Shown here: in pieces, positions 1-8,986 of the stretch
Layout: every line of letters starts with the position of its first letter
Numbering within the stretch: the stretch's first letter is position 1
From: Candidatus Methanofastidiosum methylothiophilum
Lineage (GTDB): Archaea; Methanobacteriota_B; Thermococci; Methanofastidiosales; Methanofastidiosaceae
Assembly (NCBI GenBank): GCA_001587575.1
Contig: LNJC01000004.1
Coordinates: forward strand, 1-63,355
Direction: 5' to 3'
Length of the DNA stretch: 63,355 bases
Made by a program: the position numbers and the translations under genes
The notes under the pieces: generated by a model
Told to the model about the DNA's origin: nothing
Databases searched by the model: none
The model's input: the letters and a program-made list of their open reading frames with translations, nothing else

Positions 1-13
1 GGGTTTGAGATAA

Positions 14-571
14 GTGAATGATAGGTATGTCCTCTATGCATTAGCCTTTTCCTTCATCTTTGTTTCGGCATTTATTCTTTTATCATTTAGCGAAGTAAAA
101 ATCTCTGAAGACAAGTTTACAAGCATTTACTTTAATACAACAATTCTAGAAGTAGAGAACAATACTTCAAATCTAGATGGAACTGAAATAATAGTAAAAA
201 ATGATTCAATAGTTATTGATACTCTTAAGACCTATTATCCAGGGGACTCTTTTTTTTTAGATGACAAAGGCTACACGCTGAATATGTTAAATAATGATTC
301 TATTCTTTTGTATAACTATACCAAAAAAATTGACGACATGCTCTATTTTGATTTTGCCATAGAAAATCTAGAAGGCGCTGACAAAAACTACCAGTATGAC
401 ATCTACATTGATGGAAATAAACTCCTTGAAGGAAATGAATCTATAAAATCAAATGAAAAAAGAACAATTCAAAAACAGATTGAGTATAAAGAACCTGGAG
501 ATCATAGATTGAGCGTAAAACTAAATACAGGTGCAGAGATATACTTTAATTTTTCCTCGGTGAAAAAATGA
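14..571 (+). CDS. hypothetical protein with N-terminal signal-anchor helix
   Basis: 185-aa ORF with a GTG start right after an in-frame TAA at 11-13. Hydrophobic N-terminus YVLYALAFSFIFVSAFILLSF, then an Asn/Asp-rich soluble part. The stop overlaps the birA start (ATGA at 568-571). No family recognised. Confidence 0.4.
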   Translation: MNDRYVLYALAFSFIFVSAFILLSFSEVKISEDKFTSIYFNTTILEVENNTSNLDGTEIIVKNDSIVIDTLKTYYPGDSFFLDDKGYTLNMLNNDSILLYNYTKKIDDMLYFDFAIENLEGADKNYQYDIYIDGNKLLEGNESIKSNEKRTIQKQIEYKEPGDHRLSVKLNTGAEIYFNFSSVKK

Positions 572-1515
572 AGTCAAAGATTCTTGAAATACTTGAGAAT
601 AAAGGAAACTATGTATCAGGGGAAGAAATATCAAAAGAAATAGGGATCTCAAGGGCAGCTGTATGGAAGCATGTGAAAAAACTAAGAGAACTTGGATATG
701 AGATAGATTCTAAGACAAATGAAGGGTACAAACTTATTAGATCACCAGATAGACCTGTAGAGTTCGAACTAGAAAGGATGCTAGATACTAAGATAATAGG
801 GAAAAAGATACTTTTCTTTGAAGAGGTCGATTCAACTAACAATAAGGCAAAGCAGATAGCACTGGAAGAAAATGATGGAACAGTAGTAGTATCTGAGATG
901 CAGACCTCAGGCAGAGGCAGAAGAGGAAGAGAGTGGCATTCACCAAAAGGCGGGGTATATGTATCATTTATTCTAAAGCCAAATATACCCCCTGAAAAAG
1001 CACCACAGTTAACTTTGGTATCCTCATTAGCGCTAGTTGAATCATTAAATGCCATGAACAATGGACTCAATGCAAAGATCAAGTGGCCAAATGATGTCCT
1101 TATTAGAGGGAAGAAAGTATCCGGAATACTAACAGAACTCTCCGCAGATATGGAAAAGATAAACTATATCGTTGTTGGGGTCGGCGTAAATCTAAACACA
1201 GATCAAAATAACCTGCCTGAAACAGGCACATCTTTGAAACTAGAAATGAAAAAAGATGTTTCGGTAAATCTATTCTTGAAGTCCTTTTTAGAAAAATATG
1301 ACTCAGTCTATCAAAAATATCTAGATGGCGATATCAATCAGATAATTAAACTTTGGAAAGACAACTCAGATACATTAGGTAAAAACGTCAAGATAATCGG
1401 AATAAATGAAACGTATGAAGGGCTTGCAAAGGATATAGATGAGAATGGCGCATTGATATTACAAGTTGACAACAAAGAAATCAAGGTCTATTCTGGGGAT
1501 GTGTCTTTAAGATAA
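568..1515 (+). CDS. birA: bifunctional biotin-[acetyl-CoA-carboxylase] ligase / biotin operon repressor
   Basis: N-terminal winged HTH (ISRAAVWKHVKKLRELGYEI). Biotin-ligase signature GRGRRGREWHSPKGG and KWPNDV. 315 aa, the typical BirA size. Confidence 0.9.
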   Translation: MKSKILEILENKGNYVSGEEISKEIGISRAAVWKHVKKLRELGYEIDSKTNEGYKLIRSPDRPVEFELERMLDTKIIGKKILFFEEVDSTNNKAKQIALEENDGTVVVSEMQTSGRGRRGREWHSPKGGVYVSFILKPNIPPEKAPQLTLVSSLALVESLNAMNNGLNAKIKWPNDVLIRGKKVSGILTELSADMEKINYIVVGVGVNLNTDQNNLPETGTSLKLEMKKDVSVNLFLKSFLEKYDSVYQKYLDGDINQIIKLWKDNSDTLGKNVKIIGINETYEGLAKDIDENGALILQVDNKEIKVYSGDVSLR

Positions 1516-1534
1516 ATACCCCCGCACTTATCAA

Positions 1535-1876
1535 TTATTCATCTAGAGTACAAAGTAAATCCATTACTTGAGTTTTCAATTCTGGCAGCCTAAAATTAAT
1601 TGTTTCCCAAACAAGCTCTAAATCTACTTCGTAATAGTATTGGATCAAATTATTTCCTAGATCTTCAAAGAAACTCCAATAAAATGGAAAACTTCTCTCT
1701 TTTATATGCAGGGGTATGTGCTTTGATGTTTCGCCAATTATTTCAAGATTAAGAATAACTGCGCTTTGGACAAGATTATTTTTCATGAACTCCCCATAAT
1801 TGACAAATTTTGTAAACTCCTCTATTTTGTTAATCGAGTCAATGATATGTTTCAAATAAACTACATTGTTTTTCAT
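1535..1876 (-). CDS. DUF86/HepT-like HEPN domain protein, catalytic R-x4-H motif apparently lost
   Basis: 113 aa and collinear with the DUF86 consensus (IIGETSK ... W ... VDLELVWETI..LPEL). The position of RN..H.Y reads GNNLIQYYY (R->G, H->Q). No MntA-like nucleotidyltransferase ORF is adjacent. Confidence 0.6.
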   Translation of the reverse strand: MKNNVVYLKHIIDSINKIEEFTKFVNYGEFMKNNLVQSAVILNLEIIGETSKHIPLHIKERSFPFYWSFFEDLGNNLIQYYYEVDLELVWETINFRLPELKTQVMDLLCTLDE

Positions 1877-1943
1877 GTTATAACCAATGTTTTCGAGATT
1901 ATACTGATCTTAGTATTAAAGAGTTTATATTCATAAAAATACA

Positions 1944-1958
1944 AATATTAGTAATATT
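1944..1958. promoter_or_regulatory. 15-bp palindrome AATATTA-G-TAATATT upstream of the AbrB/RelE pair (possible antitoxin operator)
   Basis: Perfect 7-bp arms about 50 nt upstream of the antitoxin ATG (2008). ATACAAAT occurs on both sides. AT-rich palindromes are frequent by chance in this DNA. Confidence 0.25.
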
Positions 1959-2007
1959 TATAAATATACAAATTCTATTAAGTATTGTAATAAACGAAGA
2001 GGATTTT

Positions 2008-2298
2008 ATGGAAGTTGATGTTACACATATTTCAAAAAATGGGCAGGTAGTCATACCCGTTAAAATTAGAAAAGCGGCAAATATAAAGCCAAACAATGAA
2101 TTTTATGTCTACAACGTTGGTGAAAAAATACTCCTTGAGCCGATTAATAAAGAAAATATCAAAAGAGAACTTGGATTACTAGAGTTAATAAAAGATGCAG
2201 AAAAACAAATTGAGAAAGGAGAAAGCGTTACATTTGAGAGTTCAACTAGCCTAGAAGAGATGGACAAAAAGCTAATGGAAAAAGTCTATGAAGATTGA
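2008..2298 (+). CDS. AbrB/SpoVT-family antitoxin
   Basis: N-terminal swapped-hairpin motif ISKNGQVVIPVKIRKAANIKPNNEF. 96 aa. Overlaps the downstream toxin gene by 11 nt. Confidence 0.7.
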   Translation: MEVDVTHISKNGQVVIPVKIRKAANIKPNNEFYVYNVGEKILLEPINKENIKRELGLLELIKDAEKQIEKGESVTFESSTSLEEMDKKLMEKVYED

Positions 2299-2533
2299 AT
2301 TCTCAAAAAATTTCAACCTAGAATATAAGAAAATTAAAGATAAAAGTACTAGATTAAATATTCTAACTCAAATAAAGAAATTAGAAGAAAATCCTGAACG
2401 TGGAAAGCCACTCAAGAATAAATTAAAAGGTTACAGATGTTTAAGAGTAAAATCATTCAGGATTATATATAGAATATCAAATGAAAAAATAATTATCGTT
2501 ACTTTTGAATCAAGAGATAAAGTTTACAAATGA
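2288..2533 (+). CDS. RelE/ParE-family type II toxin
   Basis: 81 aa with the RelE-like pattern ...NPERGKPLKNKLKGYRCLRVKSFRIIYRI...IIIVTFESRDKVYK. Overlapping operon arrangement with the AbrB-type gene. Confidence 0.7.
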   Translation: MKIEFSKNFNLEYKKIKDKSTRLNILTQIKKLEENPERGKPLKNKLKGYRCLRVKSFRIIYRISNEKIIIVTFESRDKVYK

Positions 2534-2590
2534 GGTCTAATTTTATTAAACCGGGTAAATTATTTAAAGGCCCAGTTCCTATAAAGAAGT

Positions 2591-5446
2591 ATGAAGAAAG
2601 AATCTAAAAAAAATGGAAAGGGGTTTAATCCAAAAGGATTGTTGTATTTCATTATTTTTGCTCTAATAATCGGGTACTTCTTTGGGATTCCTGTATACTT
2701 TAACTTGAATGTTCTATACACTCTGTTCTATGAGCAGTTTATGGTAAAGTTATCTCTATACCTTATTGGCCTGGTATGGAGTTTGGTCCTGGCAATTATC
2801 CTGTTTCTTATAATGTTCCTTGTGACGCCACTTAGGAACATAATAAAACAGGAAGTTGGGAGGAATATAGGTGGAAAACTCATCTACCTCTTAATATTCT
2901 TCTTAATCTTCATTTTCATGCCAGTTCCGGTACTCTATCTAAGATATGCACTTTACTTGCAAGAGCTTCCTGAAATAACAAGGCCACTTATTATGGACTT
3001 TATATACAACACAGACAGCTTCTACCAAAGCTACCTCTATATCAATCTGATAACTATTGGTAAAGGAATTCTCTTCCTTTTGACTCTTGTAGTTGCCCTG
3101 CCATATATAGCAAATCTATTCATTGAGAGGGCAAAGAAATTAGGCAAGGTCTTTGAAGATGGAACAATAAGAGAACAGCCAAAGGAAATTGTTTTAGAAA
3201 AAATTCATTCAATTCCGACAGCGGTAATTCTATTCCTTTCCTTGTTGCTATTCTCTGGGCTTCTATTCTTCAGTAACGTCTTGACTTTTTACATTAATAA
3301 CCCAGACTATGTCAAGTTTGGAATACTTGACTTCCTGCAAATTGGCTGGGTCATTGAATCTTTAATTCTAATTGGGATTGGAGTAATGAACATCGTAGTT
3401 TCAAGAGACAGAACAGAACTTGGGATAATGAGTGGAATCTCACTAATAGCTCTTTTCATGCCAGGAATAGTAAAGGCGGCATTGCTTGTTATTGCACTTG
3501 TGTTTATGCCGACATTAAAGAGCATATTTGACATGAAATTCACAGAGGCTAACGTTGAGGAGTATAAGAGCAGATTCTTGAGTAAAAGAGGGATTATCGC
3601 AATATTGGTAATACTCCTAATAATTTCACCAACTGCAGCTGCAGGCGTAAAAGGGTTCTTGCTTGACAGGAGCGTTAGGGGAAATCCTTTACTTAACACC
3701 CCTTATATTCAACGAGAAATTAACTCTAACAGGTGGGTCTCCTACGTTGAAAATGTTGAGAGGATAAATGTCGATATATTACCACAAAATGAGCTTAAGA
3801 ATATACAGCTGCAGGACTTCCTTAACGAGAATAGATACCTGATAGATAGGGTCAGGGTATGGGACTATGTAACAGGCTATGTCCTTGCAAGACCGAGACT
3901 CGGACCAAGGTATTACCTTATATCAGATACCGACCTATTCCTTGATCCAGAAGAGAAAAGGATCTACTGGGCCACATACAAGACTATTAAGCCAGAAACA
4001 CCGGTCACAGACAACTTTTATAACAGGAACTTATTCTATGTTGGAACTGATGATATAATAATAATGGATTCTAACACAAGAGAAATCACAAACATACCTT
4101 CAAAGATTTACTTTGGTGAAGGTCAACTTGATTATATATATTCTGAGGGAGACGAGATTGAATCAGTTACAACAAATTCCTATGCCACTAATATGTATCT
4201 GGCTGAGGATAGGGCAACTAATCTAGGGGACAATGCCCAATCACTTGATGTAAAAACAATTAACATAAGTGGATTGATACTATTCAGATTAGAAGGCTAC
4301 GGGGTATGGTCTGAATACCCATCTTTGGATTATGTTCCATACAGATCCTTAGATGAAAGAAATTCAATTTATCTGCCCGCTGAGTTTGAAAGGGACTTGG
4401 ACAGCTATATTGTGTTATACAATGACGAGCCTTACTTCTTAACAGATTACAATCTAAGGCTTGACTCTGCAACTTACATGCCTTATGTAAATCTTGATTA
4501 CAAGAGGAATGTTGCTAGGGTTATTACAAACATGAGAAATGGGGAAGTGACTGTTTATTATGTTGGGCCTGATGACGTATTCAAGAAAATTTACCTAGAA
4601 ATATACCCATGGATTAAGGATGGAAGTGAAATACCTGATGAAATAAGGGCACAGTTAAGAGCTCCAGATGATTATTTCAACTATGTTTCTAATGCATATA
4701 CTACATACCATATAACAGATCCAAAAGAGTACATAGAAGCAACAAACTTCTACGAGTTTGACCTTGGAGACTCTGTTGGTAGGTACACAGACTTCATATA
4801 CAATATCATAGCAAAAAATCCAAAAACTGAAGATTATGAATACGCAGCTTTTCTACAGATGATATTGAGAAGGGCCGAATCAAGAGAGCTAACTGCCCTT
4901 ATGTATGGATACCTTGACGATAAAAGTTCAGAAGCAAAGTTCTATGCTATTGATATCTCTGCAGAAAAGATTACAGGGAAGAGGATTACACAGGAATTCT
5001 TAAACAGCCAGTACCAAGAAGAATTTAGATTATTGGCCGAAACAAAAAGACAGGGAAATATGATACTATATCCATTTACATACAAAGATAGAACAGTCCC
5101 ACTTTATCTGCTCTCTGTTTATGTCCAAAGAGCGGAATCAGTTAATCTTTGGGACATAGTTGCTATAGAGCCAAGATCTATGACATTTGGAAGAGGCCAA
5201 ACTGTCGATGATGCATTAAACAATCTCTTCTCGAAAATAACAGTGACACAAGTTACACCTACAACACCAACTGATGGCAAGCCCACAGTCGGGCCAACAC
5301 CAACAGGAGAAAAGGAAGAGCTTGTCGCTACTTTGATAAAGTATTATATCCAAAGAGAGGCTTTACAACCTGGCTCTGAAGATTACAAGAAACTCACTGA
5401 CGAAATTATTTCAATACTTAATAGACTTGAATCCTTAGAGGGATAA
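2591..5446 (+). CDS. large polytopic membrane protein, UPF0182/COG1615-like
   Basis: 951 aa. About 360 N-terminal residues carry at least 7 hydrophobic helices, followed by a ~590-aa Tyr/Asp-rich soluble domain. Size and architecture recall UPF0182. Family assignment is from memory only. Confidence 0.5.
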   Translation: MKKESKKNGKGFNPKGLLYFIIFALIIGYFFGIPVYFNLNVLYTLFYEQFMVKLSLYLIGLVWSLVLAIILFLIMFLVTPLRNIIKQEVGRNIGGKLIYLLIFFLIFIFMPVPVLYLRYALYLQELPEITRPLIMDFIYNTDSFYQSYLYINLITIGKGILFLLTLVVALPYIANLFIERAKKLGKVFEDGTIREQPKEIVLEKIHSIPTAVILFLSLLLFSGLLFFSNVLTFYINNPDYVKFGILDFLQIGWVIESLILIGIGVMNIVVSRDRTELGIMSGISLIALFMPGIVKAALLVIALVFMPTLKSIFDMKFTEANVEEYKSRFLSKRGIIAILVILLIISPTAAAGVKGFLLDRSVRGNPLLNTPYIQREINSNRWVSYVENVERINVDILPQNELKNIQLQDFLNENRYLIDRVRVWDYVTGYVLARPRLGPRYYLISDTDLFLDPEEKRIYWATYKTIKPETPVTDNFYNRNLFYVGTDDIIIMDSNTREITNIPSKIYFGEGQLDYIYSEGDEIESVTTNSYATNMYLAEDRATNLGDNAQSLDVKTINISGLILFRLEGYGVWSEYPSLDYVPYRSLDERNSIYLPAEFERDLDSYIVLYNDEPYFLTDYNLRLDSATYMPYVNLDYKRNVARVITNMRNGEVTVYYVGPDDVFKKIYLEIYPWIKDGSEIPDEIRAQLRAPDDYFNYVSNAYTTYHITDPKEYIEATNFYEFDLGDSVGRYTDFIYNIIAKNPKTEDYEYAAFLQMILRRAESRELTALMYGYLDDKSSEAKFYAIDISAEKITGKRITQEFLNSQYQEEFRLLAETKRQGNMILYPFTYKDRTVPLYLLSVYVQRAESVNLWDIVAIEPRSMTFGRGQTVDDALNNLFSKITVTQVTPTTPTDGKPTVGPTPTGEKEELVATLIKYYIQREALQPGSEDYKKLTDEIISILNRLESLEG

Positions 5447-5450
5447 TGGA

Positions 5451-5840
5451 ATGATCTTAACGGGAAGAAAAATATCTAAAGGCTTAGCGGAAGGAGAAGT
5501 GCTAAAAAGCACCTCTCCAATTTCTTTTCTTGGAGGAGTTGACCCAAAAACTGGGGTTGTGATGGATAAAAATTCTAATGCTTTTGGGAAGAGCATAAAA
5601 GATAAAGTCTTTGTATTTCCAATGGGGAAAGGTTCAACTGTTGGATCATATGTTATCTATCAACTGAAAAAGAATGGTGCTGCCCCCCTTGCAATAATTA
5701 ACAAAGAAGCGGAAACGATAGTTTCTGTTGGTGCGATAATTTCGGATATCCCGATGATTGACAAGATAGAAATTGAGACTCTTGAAGAAGGGAAAAAAGT
5801 CAAAGTTGATGGTGACACAGGAACTGTAGAGTTGCTATAA
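5451..5840 (+). CDS. DUF126 / aconitase-X swivel-domain protein (possible phosphomevalonate dehydratase small subunit)
   Basis: 129 aa. GRKISKGLAEGEVL...ISFLGGVDPKTG...FPMGKGSTVGSYVIYQLKKNGAAPLAIIN matches the DUF126 pattern. No DUF521 large subunit is present in the window. Confidence 0.65.
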   Translation: MILTGRKISKGLAEGEVLKSTSPISFLGGVDPKTGVVMDKNSNAFGKSIKDKVFVFPMGKGSTVGSYVIYQLKKNGAAPLAIINKEAETIVSVGAIISDIPMIDKIEIETLEEGKKVKVDGDTGTVELL

Positions 5841-5845
5841 TTACT

Positions 5846-7618
5846 CTATGCTTTGAAGTAGTAATACTCTCCAGATGATTTCTGCTCTCTGTCTTTTTGG
5901 GAGTCAATTTTGTTCGATCTTGGCCTTCCTGATTCGGGTTCTCTTCTGAATGTTATCCCAATCTCTTTCAAAAATTTATTCATACCCTCACGAAGAGATA
6001 AGGGTTGTGAGGCTATTCCTGACACACTTGGCCTTCCAGAAAATACAATTGTCTTATCTGAAGTATAATCTAAAGAAACTAGGTCATGTTCCACTATAAG
6101 TGCCATGATATCCTTATCCCCTATGAATCTTCTCAATACCTTTGAAAAGTTAAGTCTCTGCTCGATATCGAGGTATGCCGAAGGCTCATCAAATAGATAT
6201 AAATCTGCATCTTGTGAAAGGCATGCTGCTATTGCAACTCTCTGCAACTCCCCACCAGAAAGCTCTGAAATGATGTTGTCCATTATAGGGTCTATTTCTA
6301 AGGGCCTTAGTATTTCTGCCTTGTAAATGTTGGTGAAAAACTTCTCCTTTGCTACTTCAGCCAGTAAGTTCCTTACGGTCCCCTCGTAATCTCTTTTGAT
6401 ATACTGGGGTTTGTATGAAACTTTAAGTTCTGTTTCAAACTTATTGCCGTTGTCAGATTCCAATACTCCTGCAAGAATTTTGATAAAAGTACTCTTACCT
6501 GTGGCGTTTGGTCCGACAATTCCAATTACTTCTCCCTTGTGTAATGTACCGCCTTCAGTTTTTAGAGAAAAGCTATCAAACGTCTTCTCAAATGGAGGGT
6601 ATTCTAATAATACTTTCTTTGATTTTAGGGTTTTGTCTTCTTTTTGATAGAATTTAATCGATTCATCTCTGAATCTAACGTTGTCCTCTTTTATGTAACC
6701 GTCCAGGTACATGTTGATTCCAACTCTAACTCCAAGAGGAGTTGAAACAATTCCGTATACTCCTGGCTGCCCGTAGAGGATGTGGATATTATCACTCAAA
6801 TAGTCAAGAATGGCAAGATCATGCTCTATTACAACAACAGTTTTCTGTTCTGCGAGATTTCTTATGGCTTTTGCAACATTTAATCTCTGCTTAATATCAA
6901 GATATGAGGTTGGTTCATCCAAAAAATAAATGTCAGCATCCTTAGACATTGAAGCTATGACTGCTACCCTCTGTAATTCTCCACCGCTCAATATTGAGAT
7001 GTCTTTATCAAGGGCATCCGTTAAATCAAGTTCACTGATCAGCTCTTTAGAAACTCCCCTCTCATCAACTTTTTGGAGTAGGTCCCCAGTATTTCCTTTT
7101 ACAACTTGAGAAAGTTTGTCAACGTATTGTGGCTTTAAAGAACTCTTAATGTTTTTAGCTTCTATCTTCTCAAAATATCCCTGGAGTTCTGTTCCTCTGA
7201 AATAAGAAGTTAAGTTTTTCTTTTCTTTTGAAGAATAATCCCCCATGTTAGGATAAAGCTCGCCAGAAAGTATCTTAATTGCTGTTGTCTTGCCGACTCC
7301 ATTCTGCCCTATAAGCCCCAATACCTTACCTTCTTTTGGTATTGGCAATCTGTAAAGTCTGAAAGAGTTTGGTCCGTATTGGTGTATCGGTTGGGAAAGC
7401 TCTTCGGGCAAATTAACAATTGAAATCGCTTTGTAAGGGCATTTATGGATACAAATTCCGCAACCTGTACATAGAACTTCAGAGATAATAGGTTTTTTTG
7501 TTACTTCATCGACTACGATTGTCTCTTCATTCATTCTAGGGCCAGGACAATAGTTAAGACACAATAGATTACATTTTTTTGGTTGACATTTATCGTAATC
7601 TATTACAGCAATTCTCAA
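5846..7618 (-). CDS. abce1: ABCE1 / RNase L inhibitor-type ribosome recycling ATPase
   Basis: N-terminal double 4Fe-4S domain (CQPKKCNLLCLNYCP, CTGCGICIHKCP). Two ABC cassettes (GQNGVGKTT, GPNATGKST; LSGGELQR twice). 590 aa. Confidence 0.95.
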   Translation of the reverse strand: MRIAVIDYDKCQPKKCNLLCLNYCPGPRMNEETIVVDEVTKKPIISEVLCTGCGICIHKCPYKAISIVNLPEELSQPIHQYGPNSFRLYRLPIPKEGKVLGLIGQNGVGKTTAIKILSGELYPNMGDYSSKEKKNLTSYFRGTELQGYFEKIEAKNIKSSLKPQYVDKLSQVVKGNTGDLLQKVDERGVSKELISELDLTDALDKDISILSGGELQRVAVIASMSKDADIYFLDEPTSYLDIKQRLNVAKAIRNLAEQKTVVVIEHDLAILDYLSDNIHILYGQPGVYGIVSTPLGVRVGINMYLDGYIKEDNVRFRDESIKFYQKEDKTLKSKKVLLEYPPFEKTFDSFSLKTEGGTLHKGEVIGIVGPNATGKSTFIKILAGVLESDNGNKFETELKVSYKPQYIKRDYEGTVRNLLAEVAKEKFFTNIYKAEILRPLEIDPIMDNIISELSGGELQRVAIAACLSQDADLYLFDEPSAYLDIEQRLNFSKVLRRFIGDKDIMALIVEHDLVSLDYTSDKTIVFSGRPSVSGIASQPLSLREGMNKFLKEIGITFRREPESGRPRSNKIDSQKDREQKSSGEYYYFKA

Positions 7619-7644
7619 AAGATCACCTAAAAAAATTAATAAAT

Positions 7645-7902
7645 TTATGAATTAAAGATTATAATCCAGAACATTAACCAGCTTCCAAGAAAAGAAAACG
7701 CGCCAGATTTCAAAATACTCCCCCTTGTACCATACTTTACTGGATCAACGCCTATCATCTTGACAGGATACTGTGAAACGTAAAATATGACGCATGCTAG
7801 GATAATGCTTACAAAGTTAGGAAGTGGTAACACTCCTGAGATTATGCCTGCTACAAGTCCTGTTAAAGCAAAAACAAGCCCTATTTTATGATTGTCATCC
7901 AT
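7645..7902 (-). CDS. small membrane protein (3 predicted helices), unknown function
   Basis: 85 aa, almost entirely hydrophobic. Sits directly upstream of ABCE1 on the same strand. Confidence 0.4.
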   Translation of the reverse strand: MDDNHKIGLVFALTGLVAGIISGVLPLPNFVSIILACVIFYVSQYPVKMIGVDPVKYGTRGSILKSGAFSFLGSWLMFWIIIFNS

Positions 7903-8031
7903 TAAAACTCACCATTTAAAGAGATGAGAAGTAATACATTTAAAAAGTTTATTATAAGATTCCAGTTTATCTTGCAAATCTAGGTATAGTAATATTTATA
8001 TTAAGCGTAAAATTAATATTTTTGTGATTTT

Positions 8032-8946
8032 ATGAAGAGATTATTTTTATTGGCCTTAATTCTTTCCTTTGTTATCAGTCCTGTAGCTGGAGAATACGTT
8101 GACATGACTTTGTCATATCCGACAACTGTGGAAAAGGGGCAAGAAGTAAGAATCACTTTTGAAATAATAAATCAGTCAAATGACATGCTTTGGGACGGGA
8201 AAATAACAATTGACGACTCATTCATGGATAAATACAAGGACTATATAATATCTGAAACTGAGTATCAGATTAATCCTTTTAAGTTCTCAACTGTCAATGC
8301 AGGCAAGAGTTACAAGGAAACATTTGTTTTAAAATTCAAAGAAGACATTCCTTTAAACGAGGCTATATTTAACATAGTGTTAAGGTGTGGAAAAGGTCCT
8401 TGTAGAGGCGGTTGCGCTCCTTTCATGCTTGAGAAGACGGTCAATATTAAGTTCACTGAAAAAAGAGCAGATGCTGCCTTAACTCTTGAGGAAAAAAATT
8501 TTACGGCGTATAGGAATAGTACATTAGAGATACCCTTCACATTGAAAAACACAGGAGATATCCAGATAAGGCATATAGAAGTTGAGGTTAAAGGAGATAT
8601 ATCATCCGCAGATATCGTTAGAATTCCAACTTTAAATCCTGGAACTGAAATTTCTAACAAAATAATTGTTTCAATCGATGAAAATATATCTAAAACTGAT
8701 TTAAATCCAATAGTTGTCTTAAAATTTGTTGACCCTGATGGTAGAGCGGGACTAATATATGAAAATATAACTATAGAAGTAATTGAAAACGAGAAGGTCG
8801 AGGAATTCAACAATGCTAAAATCGATACTAAAGTTATTAATGAAGAAAAGCCTGCGACACATTTCTATCTGTATATATTTCTTTTTCTATCAATTGTTGC
8901 AGTTATTTTAGTAATTATATTCCTATTATATCTTTTTAAGAGATAA
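8032..8946 (+). CDS. secreted, C-terminally membrane-anchored protein with two CARDB-like beta domains
   Basis: Signal peptide MKRLFLLALILSFVISPVAG and C-terminal TM FYLYIFLFLSIVAVILVIIFLLYLF. MLWD motif and a CGKGPCRGGCAP knot. Clear paralog of 34790-35887. Confidence 0.7.
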   Translation: MKRLFLLALILSFVISPVAGEYVDMTLSYPTTVEKGQEVRITFEIINQSNDMLWDGKITIDDSFMDKYKDYIISETEYQINPFKFSTVNAGKSYKETFVLKFKEDIPLNEAIFNIVLRCGKGPCRGGCAPFMLEKTVNIKFTEKRADAALTLEEKNFTAYRNSTLEIPFTLKNTGDIQIRHIEVEVKGDISSADIVRIPTLNPGTEISNKIIVSIDENISKTDLNPIVVLKFVDPDGRAGLIYENITIEVIENEKVEEFNNAKIDTKVINEEKPATHFYLYIFLFLSIVAVILVIIFLLYLFKR

Positions 8947-8986
8947 TTTTTTAAATAATTTTATTTCATTTTCATAAGGTGCTTAG

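Noticed and set aside
609-1082. Long antisense ORFs in the supplied track. Examples: 609-1082(-), 3307-3699(-), 6105-6647(+), 8310-8813(-), 12017-12535(+), 13332-14003(-), 14991-15836(-), 23348-24337(+), 26266-26715(+), 30798-31343(+), 39338-39655(-), 45094-45629(+), 56142-56800.
   Set aside because: Each lies entirely inside, and opposite to or out of frame with, a longer ORF that has clear family motifs. Their translations are low-complexity Ser/Ile/Phe/Leu-rich strings, typical of shadow frames in AT-rich DNA.
1899-2096. 65-aa minus-strand ORF upstream of the HepT-like gene, considered as a possible missing MntA antitoxin.
   Set aside because: It has no nucleotidyltransferase G[SG]-x9-12-D-x-D motif. 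It is hydrophobic and low-complexity, and it overlaps the promoter and start of the AbrB-type gene.
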